Of a stretch of 64,000 bases of DNA, positions 37,401-51,300 are shown piece after piece (the first letter of the stretch is position 1; each line of letters begins with the position of its first letter). The translations under genes were made by a program, and so were the position numbers. Origin of the DNA: Eledone cirrhosa (lineage: Eukaryota); the NCBI GenBank assembly GCA_964016885.1, contig OZ024743.1, positions 47,802,001 through 47,866,000 on the forward strand. Direction: 5' to 3'. The notes beneath the pieces were generated by a model. It saw nothing but the letters and a program-made list of their open reading frames with translations, was not told the origin of the DNA and did no database searches.

Positions 37401-40400
37401 TGCAGTGTCTTGACAGCTAACAACTGATGCAGGTAGTTTGTTCTATGGAGGTTTTAAAGGATGCAGTGTCTTGACAGCTAACAACTGATGCAGGTAGTTT
37501 GTTCCATGGAGGTTTTAAAGGATGCAGTGTCTTGACAGCTAACAACTGATGCAGGTAGTTTGATCCATGGAGGTTTTAAAGGATGCAGTGTCTTGACAGC
37601 TAACAACTGATGCTGGTAGTTTGTTCCATGGAGGTTTTAAAGGATGCAGTGTCTTGACAGCTAACAATTAATGCAGGTAGTTTGTTCCATGGGGGTTTTA
37701 AGGATGCAGTGTCTCGACAGCTAACAACTGATGCAGGTAGTTTGTTCCATGGAGGTTTTAAAGGATGCAGTGTCTTGACAGCTCACAACTGATGCAGGTA
37801 GTTTGTTCCATGGAGGCTTTAAAGGATGCAGTGTCTTGGCAGCTAACAACTGATGCAGGTAGTTTGTTCCATGGAGGCTTTAAAGGATGCAGTGTCTCGG
37901 CAGCTAACAACTGATGCAGGTAGTTTGTTCCATGGAGGTTTTAAAGGATGCAGTGTCTTGACAGCTAACAACTGATCCAGGTAGTTTGTTCCATGGAGGT
38001 TTTAAAGGATGCAGTGTCTTGACAGCTAAAAACTGATGCAGGTAGTTTGTTCCATGGATGTTTTTAAGGATGCAGTGTCTCGACAGCTAACAACTGATGC
38101 AGGTAGTTTGTTCCATGGAGGCTTTAAAGGATGCAGTGTCTCGGCAGCTAACAACTGATGCAGGTAGTTTGTTCCATGGAGGTTTTAAAGGATGCAGTGT
38201 CTTGACAGCTAACAACTGATGCAGGTAGTTTGTTCCATGGAGGTTTTAAAGGATGCAGTGTCTTGACAGCTAACAACTGATGCAGGTAGTTTGTTCCATG
38301 GAGGTTTTAAAGGATGCAGTGTCTCGACAGCTCACAACTGATGCAGGTAGTTTGTTCCATGGAGGTTTTAAAGGATGCAGTATCTTGACAGCTAACAACT
38401 GATGCATGTCGTTTGTTCGATGGAGGTTTTAAAGGATGCAGTGTTTTGACAGCTAACAACTGATGCAGGTAGTTTGTTCCATGGAGGCTTTAAAGGATGC
38501 AGTGTCTTGACAGCTAACAACTGATGCAGGTAGTTTGTTCCATGGAGGTTTTAAAGGATGCAGTGTCTTGACAGCTAACAACTGATGCAGATAGTTTGTT
38601 CCATGGAGGTTTTAAAGGATGCAGTGTCTTGACAGCTAACAACTGATGCAGGTACTTTGTTCAATGGAGGTTTTAAAGGATGCAGTTTCTCGGCAGCTAA
38701 TATCCGATGCAGGTAGTTTGTTCCATGGAGGTTTTAAAGGATGCAGTGTCTTGACAGCTAACAACTGATGCAGGTAGTTTGTTCCATGGAGGTTTTAAAG
38801 GATGCATTGTCTCGGCAGCTAATAACTGATGCAGGTAGTTTGTTCCATGGAGGTTTTAAAGGATGCAGTGTCTTGATAGCTAACAACTGATGCAGGTAGT
38901 TTGTTCTATGGAGGCTTTAAAGGATGCAGTATCTTGACAGCTAACAACTGATGCATGTCGTTTGTTCCATGGAGGCTTTAAAGGATGCAGTATCTTCACA
39001 GCTAACAACTGATGCAGGTAGTTTGTTCCATGGAGGTTTTAAAGGATGCAGTGTCTTGACAGCTAACAACTGATGCAGGTAGTTTGTTCCATGGAGGTTT
39101 TAAAGGATGCAGTGTCTTGACAGCTAACAACTGATGCAGGTAGTTTTTTTCCATGGAGGTTTTAAAGGATGCAGTGTCTCGGCAGCTAACAACTGATGCA
39201 GGTAGTTTGTTCCATGGACGCTTTAAAGGATGCAGTGTCTCGGCAGCTAACAACTGATGCAGGTAGTTTGTTCCATGGAGGTTTTAAAGGATGCAGTGTC
39301 TTGACAGCTAACAACTGATGCAGGTAGTTTGTTCCATGGAGGTTTTAAAGGATGCAGTGTCTTGACAGCTAACAAATGATGCAGGTAGTTTGTTCCATGG
39401 AGGTTTTAAAGGATGCAGTGTCTCAACAGCTAACAACTGATGCAGGTAGTTTGTTCCATGGAGGTTTTAAAGGATGCAGTGTCTTGTCAGCTAACAACTG
39501 ATGCAGGTAGTTTGTTCCATGGAGGTTTTAAAGGATGCAGTGTCTTGACAGCTAACAACTGATGCAGGTAGTTTGTTCCATGGAGGTTTTAAAGGATGCA
39601 GTGTCTCGGCAGCTAACAACTGATGCAGGTAGTGTGTTCCATGGAGGTTTTAAAGGATGCAGTGTCTTGACAGCTAACAAACTGTTGCAGGTAGTTTGAT
39701 CCATGGAGGTTTTGAAGGATGCAGTGTCTTGACAGCTAACAATTAATGCAGGTAGTTTGTTCCATGGAGGTTTTAAAGGAGGCAGTGTCTTGACAGCTAA
39801 CAACTGATGCAGGTAGTTTGTTCCATGGACGCTTTAAAGGATGCAGTGTCTCGGCAGCTAACAACTGATGCATGTAGTTTGTTCCATGGAGGTTTTAAAG
39901 GATGCAGCGTCTTGACAGCTAACAACTGATGCAGGTAGTTTGTTCCATGGAGGTTTTAAAGGATGCAGTGTCTCGACAGCTAACAAATGATGCAGGTAGT
40001 TTGTTCCATGGAGGTTTTAAAGGATGCAGTGTCTCGACAGCTAACAACTGATGCAGGTAGTTTGTTCCATGGAGCTTTTAAAGGATGCAGTGTCTTGACA
40101 GCTAACAATTAATGCAGGTAGTTTGTTCCATGGAGGCTTTAAAGGATGCAGTGTCTTGACAGCTAACAACTGATGCAGGTAGTTTGTTCCATGGAGGTTT
40201 TAAAGGATGCAGTGTCTTGACAGCTAACAACTGATGCAGGTAGTTTGTTCTATGGAGGTTTTAAAGGATGCAGTGTCTTGACAGCTAACAACTGATGCAG
40301 GTAGTTTGTTCCATGGAGGTTTTAAAGGATGCAGTGTCTTGACAGCTAACAACTGATGCAGGTAGTTTGATCCATGGAGGTTTTAAAGGATGCAGTGTCT

Positions 40401-42350
40401 TGACAGCTAACAACTGATCCAGGTAGTTTGTTCCATGGAGGTTTTAAAGGATGCAGTGTCTTGACAGCTAAAAACTGATGCAGGTAGTTTGTTCCATGGA
40501 TGTTTTTAAGGATGCAGTGTCTCGACAGCTAACAACTGATGCAGGTAGTTTGTTCCATGGAGGCTTTAAAGGATGCAGTGTCTCGGCAGCTAACAACTGA
40601 TGCAGGTAGTTTGTTCCATGGAGGTTTTAAAGGATGCAGTGTCTTGACAGCTAACAACTGATGCAGGTAGTTTGTTCCATGGAGGTTTTAAAGGATGCAG
40701 TGTCTTGACAGCTAACAACTGATGCAGGTAGTTTGTTCCATGGAGGTTTTAAAGGATGCAGTGTCTCGACAGCTCACAACTGATGCAGGTAGTTTGTTCC
40801 ATGGAGGTTTTAAAGGATGCAGTATCTTGACAGCTAACAACTGATGCATGTCGTTTGTTCGATGGAGGTTTTAAAGGATGCAGTGTTTTGACAGCTAACA
40901 ACTGATGCAGGTAGTTTGTTCCATGGAGGCTTTAAAGGATGCAGTGTCTTGACAGCTAACAACTGATGCAGGTAGTTTGTTCCATGGAGGTTTTAAAGGA
41001 TGCAGTGTCTTGACAGCTAACAACTGATGCAGATAGTTTGTTCCATGGAGGTTTTAAAGGATGCAGTGTCTTGACAGCTAACAACTGATGCAGGTACTTT
41101 GTTCAATGGAGGTTTTAAAGGATGCAGTGTCTCGGCAGCTAATATCCGATGCAGGTAGTTTGTTCCATGGAGGTTTTAAAGGATGCAGTGTCTTGACAGC
41201 TAACAACTGATGCAGGTAGTTTGTTCCATGGAGGTTTTAAAGGATGCATTGTCTCGGCAGCTAATAACTGATGCAGGTAGTTTGTTCCATGGAGGTTTTA
41301 AAGGATGCAGTGTCTTGATAGCTAACAACTGATGCAGGTAGTTTGTTCTATGGAGGCTTTAAAGGATGCAGTATCTTGACAGCTAACAACTGATGCATGT
41401 CGTTTGTTCGATGGAGGTTTTAAAGGATGCGGTGTCTTGACAGCTAACAACTGATGCCGGTAGTTTGTTCCATGGAGGCTTTAAAGGATGCAGTGTCTTG
41501 ACAGCTAACAACTGATGCAGGTAGTTTGTTCCATGGAGGTTTTAAAGGATGCAGTGTCTTGACAGCTAACAACTGATGCAGATAGTTTGTTCCATGGAGG
41601 TTTTAAAGGATGCAGTGTCTTGACAGCTAACAACTGATGCAGGTACTTTGTTCAATGGAGGTTTTAAAGGATGCAGTGTCTCGGCAGCTAATAACCGATG
41701 CAGGTAGTTTGTTCCATGGAGGTTTTAAAGGATGCAGTGTCTTGACAGCTAACAACTGATGCAGGTAGTTTGTTCCATGGAGGTTTTAAAGGATGCATTG
41801 TCTCAGCAGTTAATAACTGATGCAGGTAGTTTGTTCCATGGTGGTTTTAAAGGATGCAGTGTCTTGATAGCTAACAACTGATGCAGGTAGTTTGTTCCAT
41901 GGAGGCTTTAAAGGATGCAGTGTCTTGACAGCTAACAACTGATGCAGGTAGTTTGTTCCATGGAGGTTTTAAAGGATGCAGTGTCTTGACAGCTAACAAC
42001 TGATGCAGGTAGTTTTTTTCCATGGAGGTTTTAAAGGATGCAGTGTCTCGGCAGCTAACAACTGATGCAGGTAGTTTGTTCCATGGACGCTTTAAAGGAT
42101 GCAGTGTCTCGGCAGCTAACAACTGATGCAGGTAGTTTGTTCCATGGAGGTTTTAAAGGATGCAGTGTCTTGACAGCTAACAACTGATGCAGGTAGTTTG
42201 TTCCATGGAGGTTTTAAAGGATGCAGTGTCTTGACAGCTAACAAATGATGCAGGTAGTTTGTTCCATGGAGGTTTTAAAGGATGCAGTGTCTCAACAGCT
42301 AACAACTGATGCAGGTAGTTTGTTCCATGGAGGTTTTAAAGGATGCAGTG
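31440..42350. repeat. HOR domain B: ~40-48-monomer (2.4-2.9 kb) higher-order repeat, about 4 copies
   Basis: Private markers: the 62-bp monomer with AGTTTTTTTCC (~33410, 36340, 39147, 42016; 48/46/47 monomers apart), the +1 AACAAACTGTTG (~33882, 36872, 39680), CATGTCGTTTGTTCGATGG (32791, 35720, 38405, 40847, 41396) and GCTAATATCCGATG (~33082, 36011, 38696, 41138). Confidence 0.88.
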
Positions 42351-45300
42351 CCTTGTCAGCTAACAACTGATGCAGGTAGTTTGTTCCACGTTGGTTTTAA
42401 AGGATGCAGTGTCTTGACAGCTAACAACTGATGCAGGTAGTTTGATCCATGGAGGTTTTAAAGGATGCAGTGTCTTGACAGCTAACAACTGATGCTGGTA
42501 GTTTGTTCCATGGATGTTTTAAAGGATGCAGTGTCTTGACAGCTAACAATTAATGCAGGTAGTTTGTTCCATGGAGGCTTTAAAGGATGCAGTGTGTCGA
42601 CAGCTAACAACTGATGCAGGTAGTTTGTTCCATGGAGGTTTTAAAGGATGCAGTTTCTTGACAGCTAACAACTGATGCAGGTAGTTTGTTCCATGGAGGT
42701 TTTAAAGGATGCAGTGTCTTGGCAGCTAACAACTGATGCAGGTAGTTTGTTCCATAAAGGCTTTAAAGGATGCAGTGTCTTGACAGCTAACAACTGATCC
42801 AGGTAGTTTGTTCCATGGAGGTTTTAAAGGATGCAGTGTCTTGACAGCTAACAATTAATGCAGGTAGTTTGTTCCATGGAGGCTTTAAAGGATGCAGTGT
42901 CTTGACAGCTAACAACTGATGCAGGTAGTTTGTTCCATGGAGGTTTTAAAGGATGCAGTGTCTTGACAGCTAACAACTGATGCAGATAGTTTGTTCCATG
43001 GAGGTTTTAAAGGATGCAGTGTCTTGACAGCTAACAACTGATGCAGGTACTTTGTTCAATGGAGGTTTTAAAGGATGCAGTGTCTCGGCAGCTAATAACC
43101 GATGCAGGTAGTTTGATCCATGGAGGTTTTAAAGGATGCAGTGTCTTGACAGCTAACAACTGATGCTGGTAGTTTGTTCCATGGAGGTTTTAAAGGATGC
43201 AGTGTCTTGACAGCTAACAATTAATGCAGGTAGTTTGTTCCATGGAGGCTTTAAAGGATGCAGTGTCTCGACAGCTAACAACTGATGCAGGTAGTTTGTT
43301 CCATGGAGGTTTTAAAGGATGCAGTTTCTTGACAGCTAACAACTGATGCAGGTAGTTTGTTCCATGGAGGTTTTAAAGGATGCAGTGTCTCGGCAGCTAA
43401 CAACTGATGCAGGTAGTTTGTTCCATGGAGGCTTTAAAGGATGCAGTGTCTCGGCAGCTAACAACTGATGCAGGTAGTTTGTTCCATGGAGGTTTTAAAG
43501 GATGCAGTGTCTTGACAGCTAACAACTGATCCAGGTAGTTTGTTCCATGGAGGTTTTAAAGGATGCAGTGTCTTGACAGCTAACAATTAATGCAGGTAGT
43601 TTGTTCCATGGAGGCTTTAAAGGATGCAGTGTCTTGACAGCTAACAACTGATGCAGGTAGTTTGTTCCATGGAGGTTTTAAAGGATGCAGTGTCTTGACA
43701 GCTAACAACTGATGCAGATAGTTTGTTCCATGGAGGTTTTAAAGGATGCAGTGTCTTGACAGCTAACAACTGATGCAGGTACTTTGTTCAATGGAGGTTT
43801 TAAAGGATGCAGTGTCTCGGCAGCTAATAACCGATGCAGGTAGTTTGTTCCATGGAGGTTTTAAAGGATGCACTGTCTTGACAGCTAACAACTGATGCAG
43901 GTAGTTTGTTCCATGGAGGTTTTAAAGGATGCAGTGTCTCGGCAGCTAATAACTGATGCAGGTAGTTTGTTCCATGGAGGTTTTAAAGGATGCAGTGTCT
44001 TGACAGCTAACAACTGATGTAGGTAGTTTGTTCCATGGAGGCTTTAAAGGATGCAGTGTCTTGACAGCTAACAACTGATGCAAGTAGTTTGTTCCATGGA
44101 GGTTTTAAAGGATGCAGTGTCTTGACAGCTAACAACTGATGCAGGTAGTTTGTTCCATGGAGGTTTTAAAGGATGCAGTGTCTTGACAGATAACAACTGA
44201 CGCAGGTAGTTTGTTCCATGGAGGTTTTAAAGGATGCAGTGTCTTGACAGCTAACAACTGATGCAGGTAGTTTGTTCCATGGAGGTTTTAAAGGATGCAG
44301 TGTCTTGACAGCTAACAAATGATGCAGGTAGTTTGTTCCATGGAGGTTTTAAAGGATGCAGTGTCTCGACAGCTAACAACTGATGCAGGTAGTTTGTTCC
44401 ATGGAGGTTTTAAAGGATGCAGTGTCTTGTCAGCTAACAACTGATGCAGGTAGTTTGTTCCATGGAGGTTTTAAAGGATGCAGTGTCTCGGCAGCTGACA
44501 ACTGATGCAGGTAGTGTGTTCCATGGAGGTTTTAAAGGATGCAGTGTCTTGACAGCTAACAACTGTTGCAGGTAGTTTGATCCATGGAGGTTTTGAAGGA
44601 TGCAGTGTCTTGACAGCTAACAACTGATGCTGGTAGTTTGTTCCATGGAGGTTTTAAAGGATGCAGTGTCTTGACAGCTAACAACTGATGCATTTAGTTT
44701 GTTCCATGGAGGTTTTAAAGGATGCAGTGTCTTGACAGCTAACAACTGATGCATGTAGTTTGTTCCATGGAGGTTTTAAAGGATGCAGTGTCTTGACAGC
44801 TAACAACTGATGCAGGTAGTTTGTTCCATGGAGATTTTAAAGGATGCAGTGTCTTGACAGCACACAACTGATGCAGGTAGTTTGTTCCATGGAGGTTTTA
44901 AAGGATGCAGTGTCTTGACAGCTAACAACTGATGCAGGTAGTTTGTTCCATGGACGCTTTAAAGGATGCAGTGTCTCGGCAGCTAACAACTGATGCACTT
45001 AGTTTGTTCCATGGAGGTTTTAAAGGATGCAGTGTCTTGACAGCTAACAACTGATGCAGGTAGTTTGTTCCATGGAGGTTTTAAAGGATGCAGTGTCTTG
45101 ACAGCTAACAAATGATGCAGGTAGTTTGTTCCATGGAGGTTTTAAAGGATGCAGTGTCTCGACAGCTAACAACTGATGCAGGTAGTTTGTTCCATGGAGG
45201 TTTTAAAGGATGCACTATCTTGACAACTAACAACTGATGCAGGTAGTTTGTTCCATGGAGGTTTTAAAGGATGCAGTGTCTTGACAGCTAACAATTAATG

Positions 45301-48300
45301 CAGGTAGTTTGTTCCATGGAGGCTTTAAAGGATGCAGTGTCTTGACAGCTAACAACTGATGCAGGTAGTTTGTTCCATGGAGGTTTTAAAGGATGCAGTG
45401 TCTTGACAGCTAACAACTGATGCAGGTAGTTTGTTCTATGGAGGTTTTAAAGGATGCAGTGTCTTGACAGCTAACAACTGATGCAGGTAGTTTGTTCCAG
45501 GAGGTTTTAAAGGATGCAGTGTCTTGACAGCTAACAACTGATGCAGGTAGTTTGATCCATGGAGGTTTTAAAGGATGCAGTGTCTTGACAGCTAACAACT
45601 GATGCTGGTAGTTTGTTCCGTGGAGGTTTTAAAGGATGCAGTGTCTTGACAGCTAACAATTAATGCAGGTAGTTTGTTGCATGGGGGTTTTAAGGATGCA
45701 GTGTCTCGACAGCTAACAACTGATGCAGGTAGTTTGTTCCATGGAGGTTTTAAAGGATGCAGTGTCTTGACAGCTCACAACTGATGCAGGTAGTTTGTTC
45801 CATGGAGGCTTTAAAGGATGCAGTGTCTCGGCAGCTAACAACTGATGCAGGTAGTTTGTTCCATGAAGGCTTTAAAGGATGCAGTGTCTTGACAGCTAAC
45901 AACTGATGCAGGTAGTTTGTTCCATGGAGGTTTTAAAGGATGCAGTGTCTTGACAGCTAACAACTGATGCAGGTACTTTGTTCAATGGAGGTTTTAAAGG
46001 ATGCAGTGTCTCGGCAGCTGATAACCGATGCAGGTAGTTTGTTCCATGGAGGTTTTAAAGGATGCAGTGTCTTGACAGCTAACAACTGATGCAGGTAGTT
46101 TGTTCCATGGAGGTTTTAAAGGATGCATTGACTCGGCAGCTAATAACTGATGCAGGTAGTTTGTTCCATGGAGGTTTTAAAGGATGCAGTGTCTTGATAG
46201 CTAACAACTGATGCAGGTAGTTTGTTCCATGGAGGCTTTAAAGGATGCAGTGTCTTGACAGCTAACAACTGATGCAGGTAGTTTGTTCCATGGAGGTTTT
46301 AAAGGATGCAGTGTCTTGACAGCTAACAACTGATTCAGGTAGTTTGTTCCATGGAGGTTTTAAAGGATGCAGTGTCTTGACAGATAACAACTGATGCAGG
46401 TAGTTTGTTCCATGGAGGTTTTAAAGGATGCAGTGTCTCGGCAGCTAACAACTGATGCAGGTAGTGTCTTCCATGGAGGTTTTAAAGGATGCAGTGTCTT
46501 GACAGCTAACAACTGATGCAGGTAGTTTGATCCATGGAGGTTTTAAAGGATGCAGTGTCTTGACAGCTAACAACTGATGCTGGTAGTTTGCTCCATGGTG
46601 TTTTTAAAGGATGAAGTGTCTTGACAGCTAACAACTGATGCAGGTAGTTTGTTCTATGGAGGTTTTAAAGGATGCAGTGTCTTGACAGCTAACAACTGAT
46701 GCTGGTAGTTTGTTCCATGGAGTTTTTAAAGGATGAAGTGTCTTGACAGCTAACAACTGATGCAGGTAGTTTGTTCCACGGTGGTTTTAAAGGATGCAGT
46801 GTCTTGACAGCTAACAACTGATGCAGGTAGTTTGATCCATGGAGGTTTTAAAGGATGCAGTGTCTTGACAGCTAACAACTGATGCTGGTAGTTTGTTCCA
46901 TGGAGGTTTTAAAGGATGCAGTGTCTTGACAGCTAACAATTAATGCAGGTAGTTTGTTCCATGGAGGCTTTAAAGGATGCAGTGTCTCGACAGCTAACAA
47001 CTGATGCAGATAGATTGTTCCATGGAGGTTTTAAAGGATGCAGTGTCTTGACAGCTAACAACTGATGCAAGTACTTTGTTCAATGGAGGTTTTAAAGGAT
47101 GCAGTGTCTCGGCAGCTAACAACTGATGCAGGTAGTGTGTTCCATGGAGGTTTTAAAGGATGCAGTGTCTTGACAGCTAACAACTGTTGCAGGTAGTTTG
47201 ATCCATGGAGGTTTTAAAGGATGCAGTGTCTCGGCAGCTAATAACTGATGCAGGTAGTTTGTTCCATGGAGGTTTTAAAGGATGCAGTGTCTTGACAGCT
47301 AACAACTGATGCAGGTAGTTTCTTCCATGGAGGCTTTAAAGGATGCAGTGTCTTGACAGCTAACAACTGATGCAGGTAGTTTGTTCCATGGAGGTTTTAA
47401 AGGATGCAGTGTCTTGACAGCTAACAACTGATGCAGGTAGTTTGTTCCATGGAGGTTTTAAAGAATGCAGTGTCTTGACAGATAACAACTGATGCAGGTA
47501 GTGTGTTCCATGGAGGTTTTAAAGGATGCAGTGTCTTGACAGCTAACAACTGTTGCAGGCAGTTTGATGCATGGAGGCTTTAAAGGATGCAGTGTCTTGA
47601 CAGCTAACAACTGATGCATTTAGTTTGTTCCATGGAGGTTTTAAAGGATGCAGTGTCTTGACAGCTAACAACTGATGCATGTAGTTTGTTCCATGGAGGT
47701 TTTAAAGGATGCAGTGTCTTGACAGCTAACAACTGATGCAGGTAGTTTGTTCCATGGAGGTTTTAAAGGATGCAGTGTCTTGACAGCTAACAACTGATGC
47801 AGGTAGTTTGATCCATGGAGGTTTTAAAGGATGCAGTGTCTTGACAGCTAACAACTGATGCTGGTAGTTTGTTCCGTGGAGGTTTTAAAGGATGCAGTGT
47901 CTTGACAGCTAACAATTAATGCAGGTAGTTTGTTCCATGGGGGTTTTAAGGATGCAGTGTCTCGACAGCTAACAACTGATGCAGGTAGTTTGTTCCATGG
48001 AGGTTTTAAAGGATGCAGTGTCTTGACAGCTCACAACTGATGCAGGTAGTTTGTTCCATGGAGGCTTTAAAGAATGCAGTGTCTCGGCAGCTAACAACTG
48101 ATGCAGGTAGTTTGTTCCATGAAGGCTTTAAAGGATGCAGTGTCTTGACAGCTAACAACTGATGCAGGTAGTTTGTTCCATGGAGGTTTTAAAGGATGCA
48201 GTGTCTTGACAGCTAACAACTGATGCAGGTACTTTGTTCAATGGAGGTTTTAAAGGATGCAGTGTCTCGGCAGCTAATAACCGATGCAGGTCGTTTGTTC

Positions 48301-51300
48301 CATGGAGGTTTTAAAGGATGCAGTGTCTTGACAGCTAACAACTGATGCAGGTAGTTTGTTCCATGGAGGTTTTAAAGGATGCATTGTCTCGGCAGCTAAT
48401 AACTGATGCAGGTAGTTTCTTCCATGGAGGTTTTAAAGGATGCAGTGTCTTGATAGCTAACAACTGATGCAGGTAGTTTGTTCCATGGAGGCTTTAAAGG
48501 ATGCAGTGTCTTGACAGCTAACAACTGATGCAGGTAGTTTGTTCCATGGAGGTTTTAAAGGATGCAGTGTCTTGACAGCTAACAACTGATGCAGGTAGTT
48601 TGTTCCATGGAGGTTTTAAAGGATGCAGTGTCTTGACAGATAACAACTGATGCAGGTAGTTTGTTCCATGGATGTTTTAAAGGATGCAGTGTCTCGGCAG
48701 CTAACAACTGATGCAGGTAGTGTCTTCCATGGAGGTTTTAAAGGATGCAGTGTCTTGACAGCTAACAACTGATGCAGGTAGTTTGATCCATGGAGGTTTT
48801 AAAGGATGCAGTGTCTTGACAGCTAACAACTGATGCAGATAGTTTGTTCCATGGAGGTTTTAAAGGATGCAGTGTCTTGACAGCTAACAACTGATGCAGG
48901 TACTTTGTTCAATGGAGGTTTTAAAGGATGCAGTGTCTCGGCAGCTAACAACTGATGCAGGTACTTTGTTCAATGGAGGTTTTAAAGGATGCAGTGTCTC
49001 GGCAGCTGATAACCGATGCAGGTAGTTTGTTCCATGGAGGTTTTAAAGGATGCAGTGTCTTGACAGCTAACAACTGATGCAGGTAGTTTGTTCCATGGAG
49101 GTTTTAAAGGATGCATTGACTCGGCAGCTAATAACTGATGCAGGTAGTTTGTTCCATGGAGGTTTTAAAGGATGCAGTGTCTTGATAGCTAACAACTGAT
49201 GCAGGTAGTTTGTTCCATGGAGGCTTTAAAGGATGCAGTGTCTTGACAGCTAACAACTGATGCAGGTAGTTTGTTCCATGGAGGTTTTAAAGGATGCAGT
49301 GTCTTGACAGCTAACAACTGATTCAGGTAGTTTGTTCCATGGAGGTTTTAAAGGATGCAGTGTCTTGACAGATAACAACTGATGCAGGTAGTTTGTTCCA
49401 TGGAGGTTTTAAAGGATGCAGTGTCTCGGCAGCTAACAACTGATGCAGGTAGTGTCTTCCATGGAGGTTTTAAAGGATGCAGTGTCTTGACAGCTAACAA
49501 CTGATGCAGGTAGTTTGATCCATGGAGGTTTTAAAGGATGCAGTGTCTTGACAGCTAACAACTGATGCTGGTAGTTTGTTCCATGGAGTTTTTAAAGGAT
49601 GAAGTGTCTTGACAGCTAACAACTGATGCAGGTAGTTTGTTCTATGGAGGTTTTAAAGGATGCAGTGTCTTGACAGCTAACAACTGATGCAGGTAGTTTG
49701 TTCCACGGTGGTTTTAAAGGATGCAGTGTCTTGACAGCTAACAACTGATGCAGGTAGTTTGATCCATGGAGGTTTTAAAGGATGCAGTGTCTTGACAGCT
49801 AACAACTGATGCTGGTAGTTTGTTCCATGGAGGTTTTAAAGGATGCAGTGTCTTGACAGCTAACAATTAATGCAGGTAGTTTGTTCCATGGAGGCTTTAA
49901 AGGATGCAGTGTCTCGACAGCTAACAACTGATGCAGATAGTTTGTTCCATGGAGGTTTTAAAGGATGCAGTGTCTTGACAGCTAACAACTGATGCAGGTA
50001 CTTTGTTCAATGGAGGTTTTAAAGGATGCAGTGTCTCGGCAGCTAACAACTGATGCAGGTAGTGTGTTCCATGGAGGTTTTAAAGGATGCAGTGTCTTGA
50101 CAGCTAACAACTGTTGCAGGTAGTTTGATCCATGGAGGTTTTAAAGGATGCAGTGTCTCGGCAGCTAATAACTGATGCAGGTAGTTTGTTCCATGGAGGT
50201 TTTAAAGGATGCAGTGTCTTGACAGCTAACAACTGATGCAGGTAGTTTGTTCCATGGAGGTTTTAAAGGATGCAGTGTCTTGACAGCTAACAACTGATGC
50301 AGGTAGTTTGATCCATGGAGGTTTTAAAGGATGCAGTGTCTTGACAGCTAACAACTGATGCTGGTAGTTTGTTCCGTGGAGGTTTTAAAGGATGCAGTGT
50401 CTTGACAGCTAACAACTGATGCTGGTAGTTTGTTCCGTGGAGGTTTTAAAGGATGCAGTGTCTTGACAGCTAACAATTAATGCAGGTAGTTTGTTCCATG
50501 GGGGTTTTAAGGATGCAGTGTCTCGACAGCTAACAACTGATGCAGGTAGTTTGTTCCATGGAGGTTTTAAAGGATGCAGTGTCTTGACAGCTCACAACTG
50601 ATGCAGGTAGTTTGTTCCATGGAGGCTTTAAAGGATGCAGTGTCTCGGCAGCTAACAACTGATGCAGGTAGTTTGTTCCATGAAGGCTTTAAAGGATGCA
50701 GTGTCTTGACAGCTAACAACTGATGCAGGTAGTTTGTTCCATGGAGGTTTTAAAGGATGCAGTGTCTTGACAGCTAACAACTGATGCAGGTACTTTGTTC
50801 AATGGAGGTTTTAAAGGATGCAGTGTCTCGGCAGCTAATAACCGATGCAGGTAGTTTGTTCCATGGAGGTTTTAAAGGATGCAGTGTCTTGACAGCTAAC
50901 AACTGATGCAGGTAGTTTGTTCCATGGAGGTTTTAAAGGATGCATTGTCTCGGCAGCTAATAACTGATGCAGGTAGTTTCTTCCATGGAGGTTTTAAAGG
51001 ATGCAGTGTCTTGATAGCTAACAACTGATGCAGGTAGTTTGTTCCATGGAGGCTTTAAAGGATGCAGTGTCTTGACAGCTAACAACTGATGCAGGTAGTT
51101 TGTTCCATGGAGGTTTTAAAGGATGCAGTGTCTTGACAGATAACAACTGATGCAGGTAGTTTGTTCCATGGAGGTTTTAAAGGATGCAGTGTCTCGGCAG
51201 CTAACAACTGATGCAGGTAGTGTCTTCCATGGAGGTTTTAAAGGATGCAGTGTCTTGACAGCTAACAACTGATGCAGGTAGTTTGATCCATGGAGGTTTT

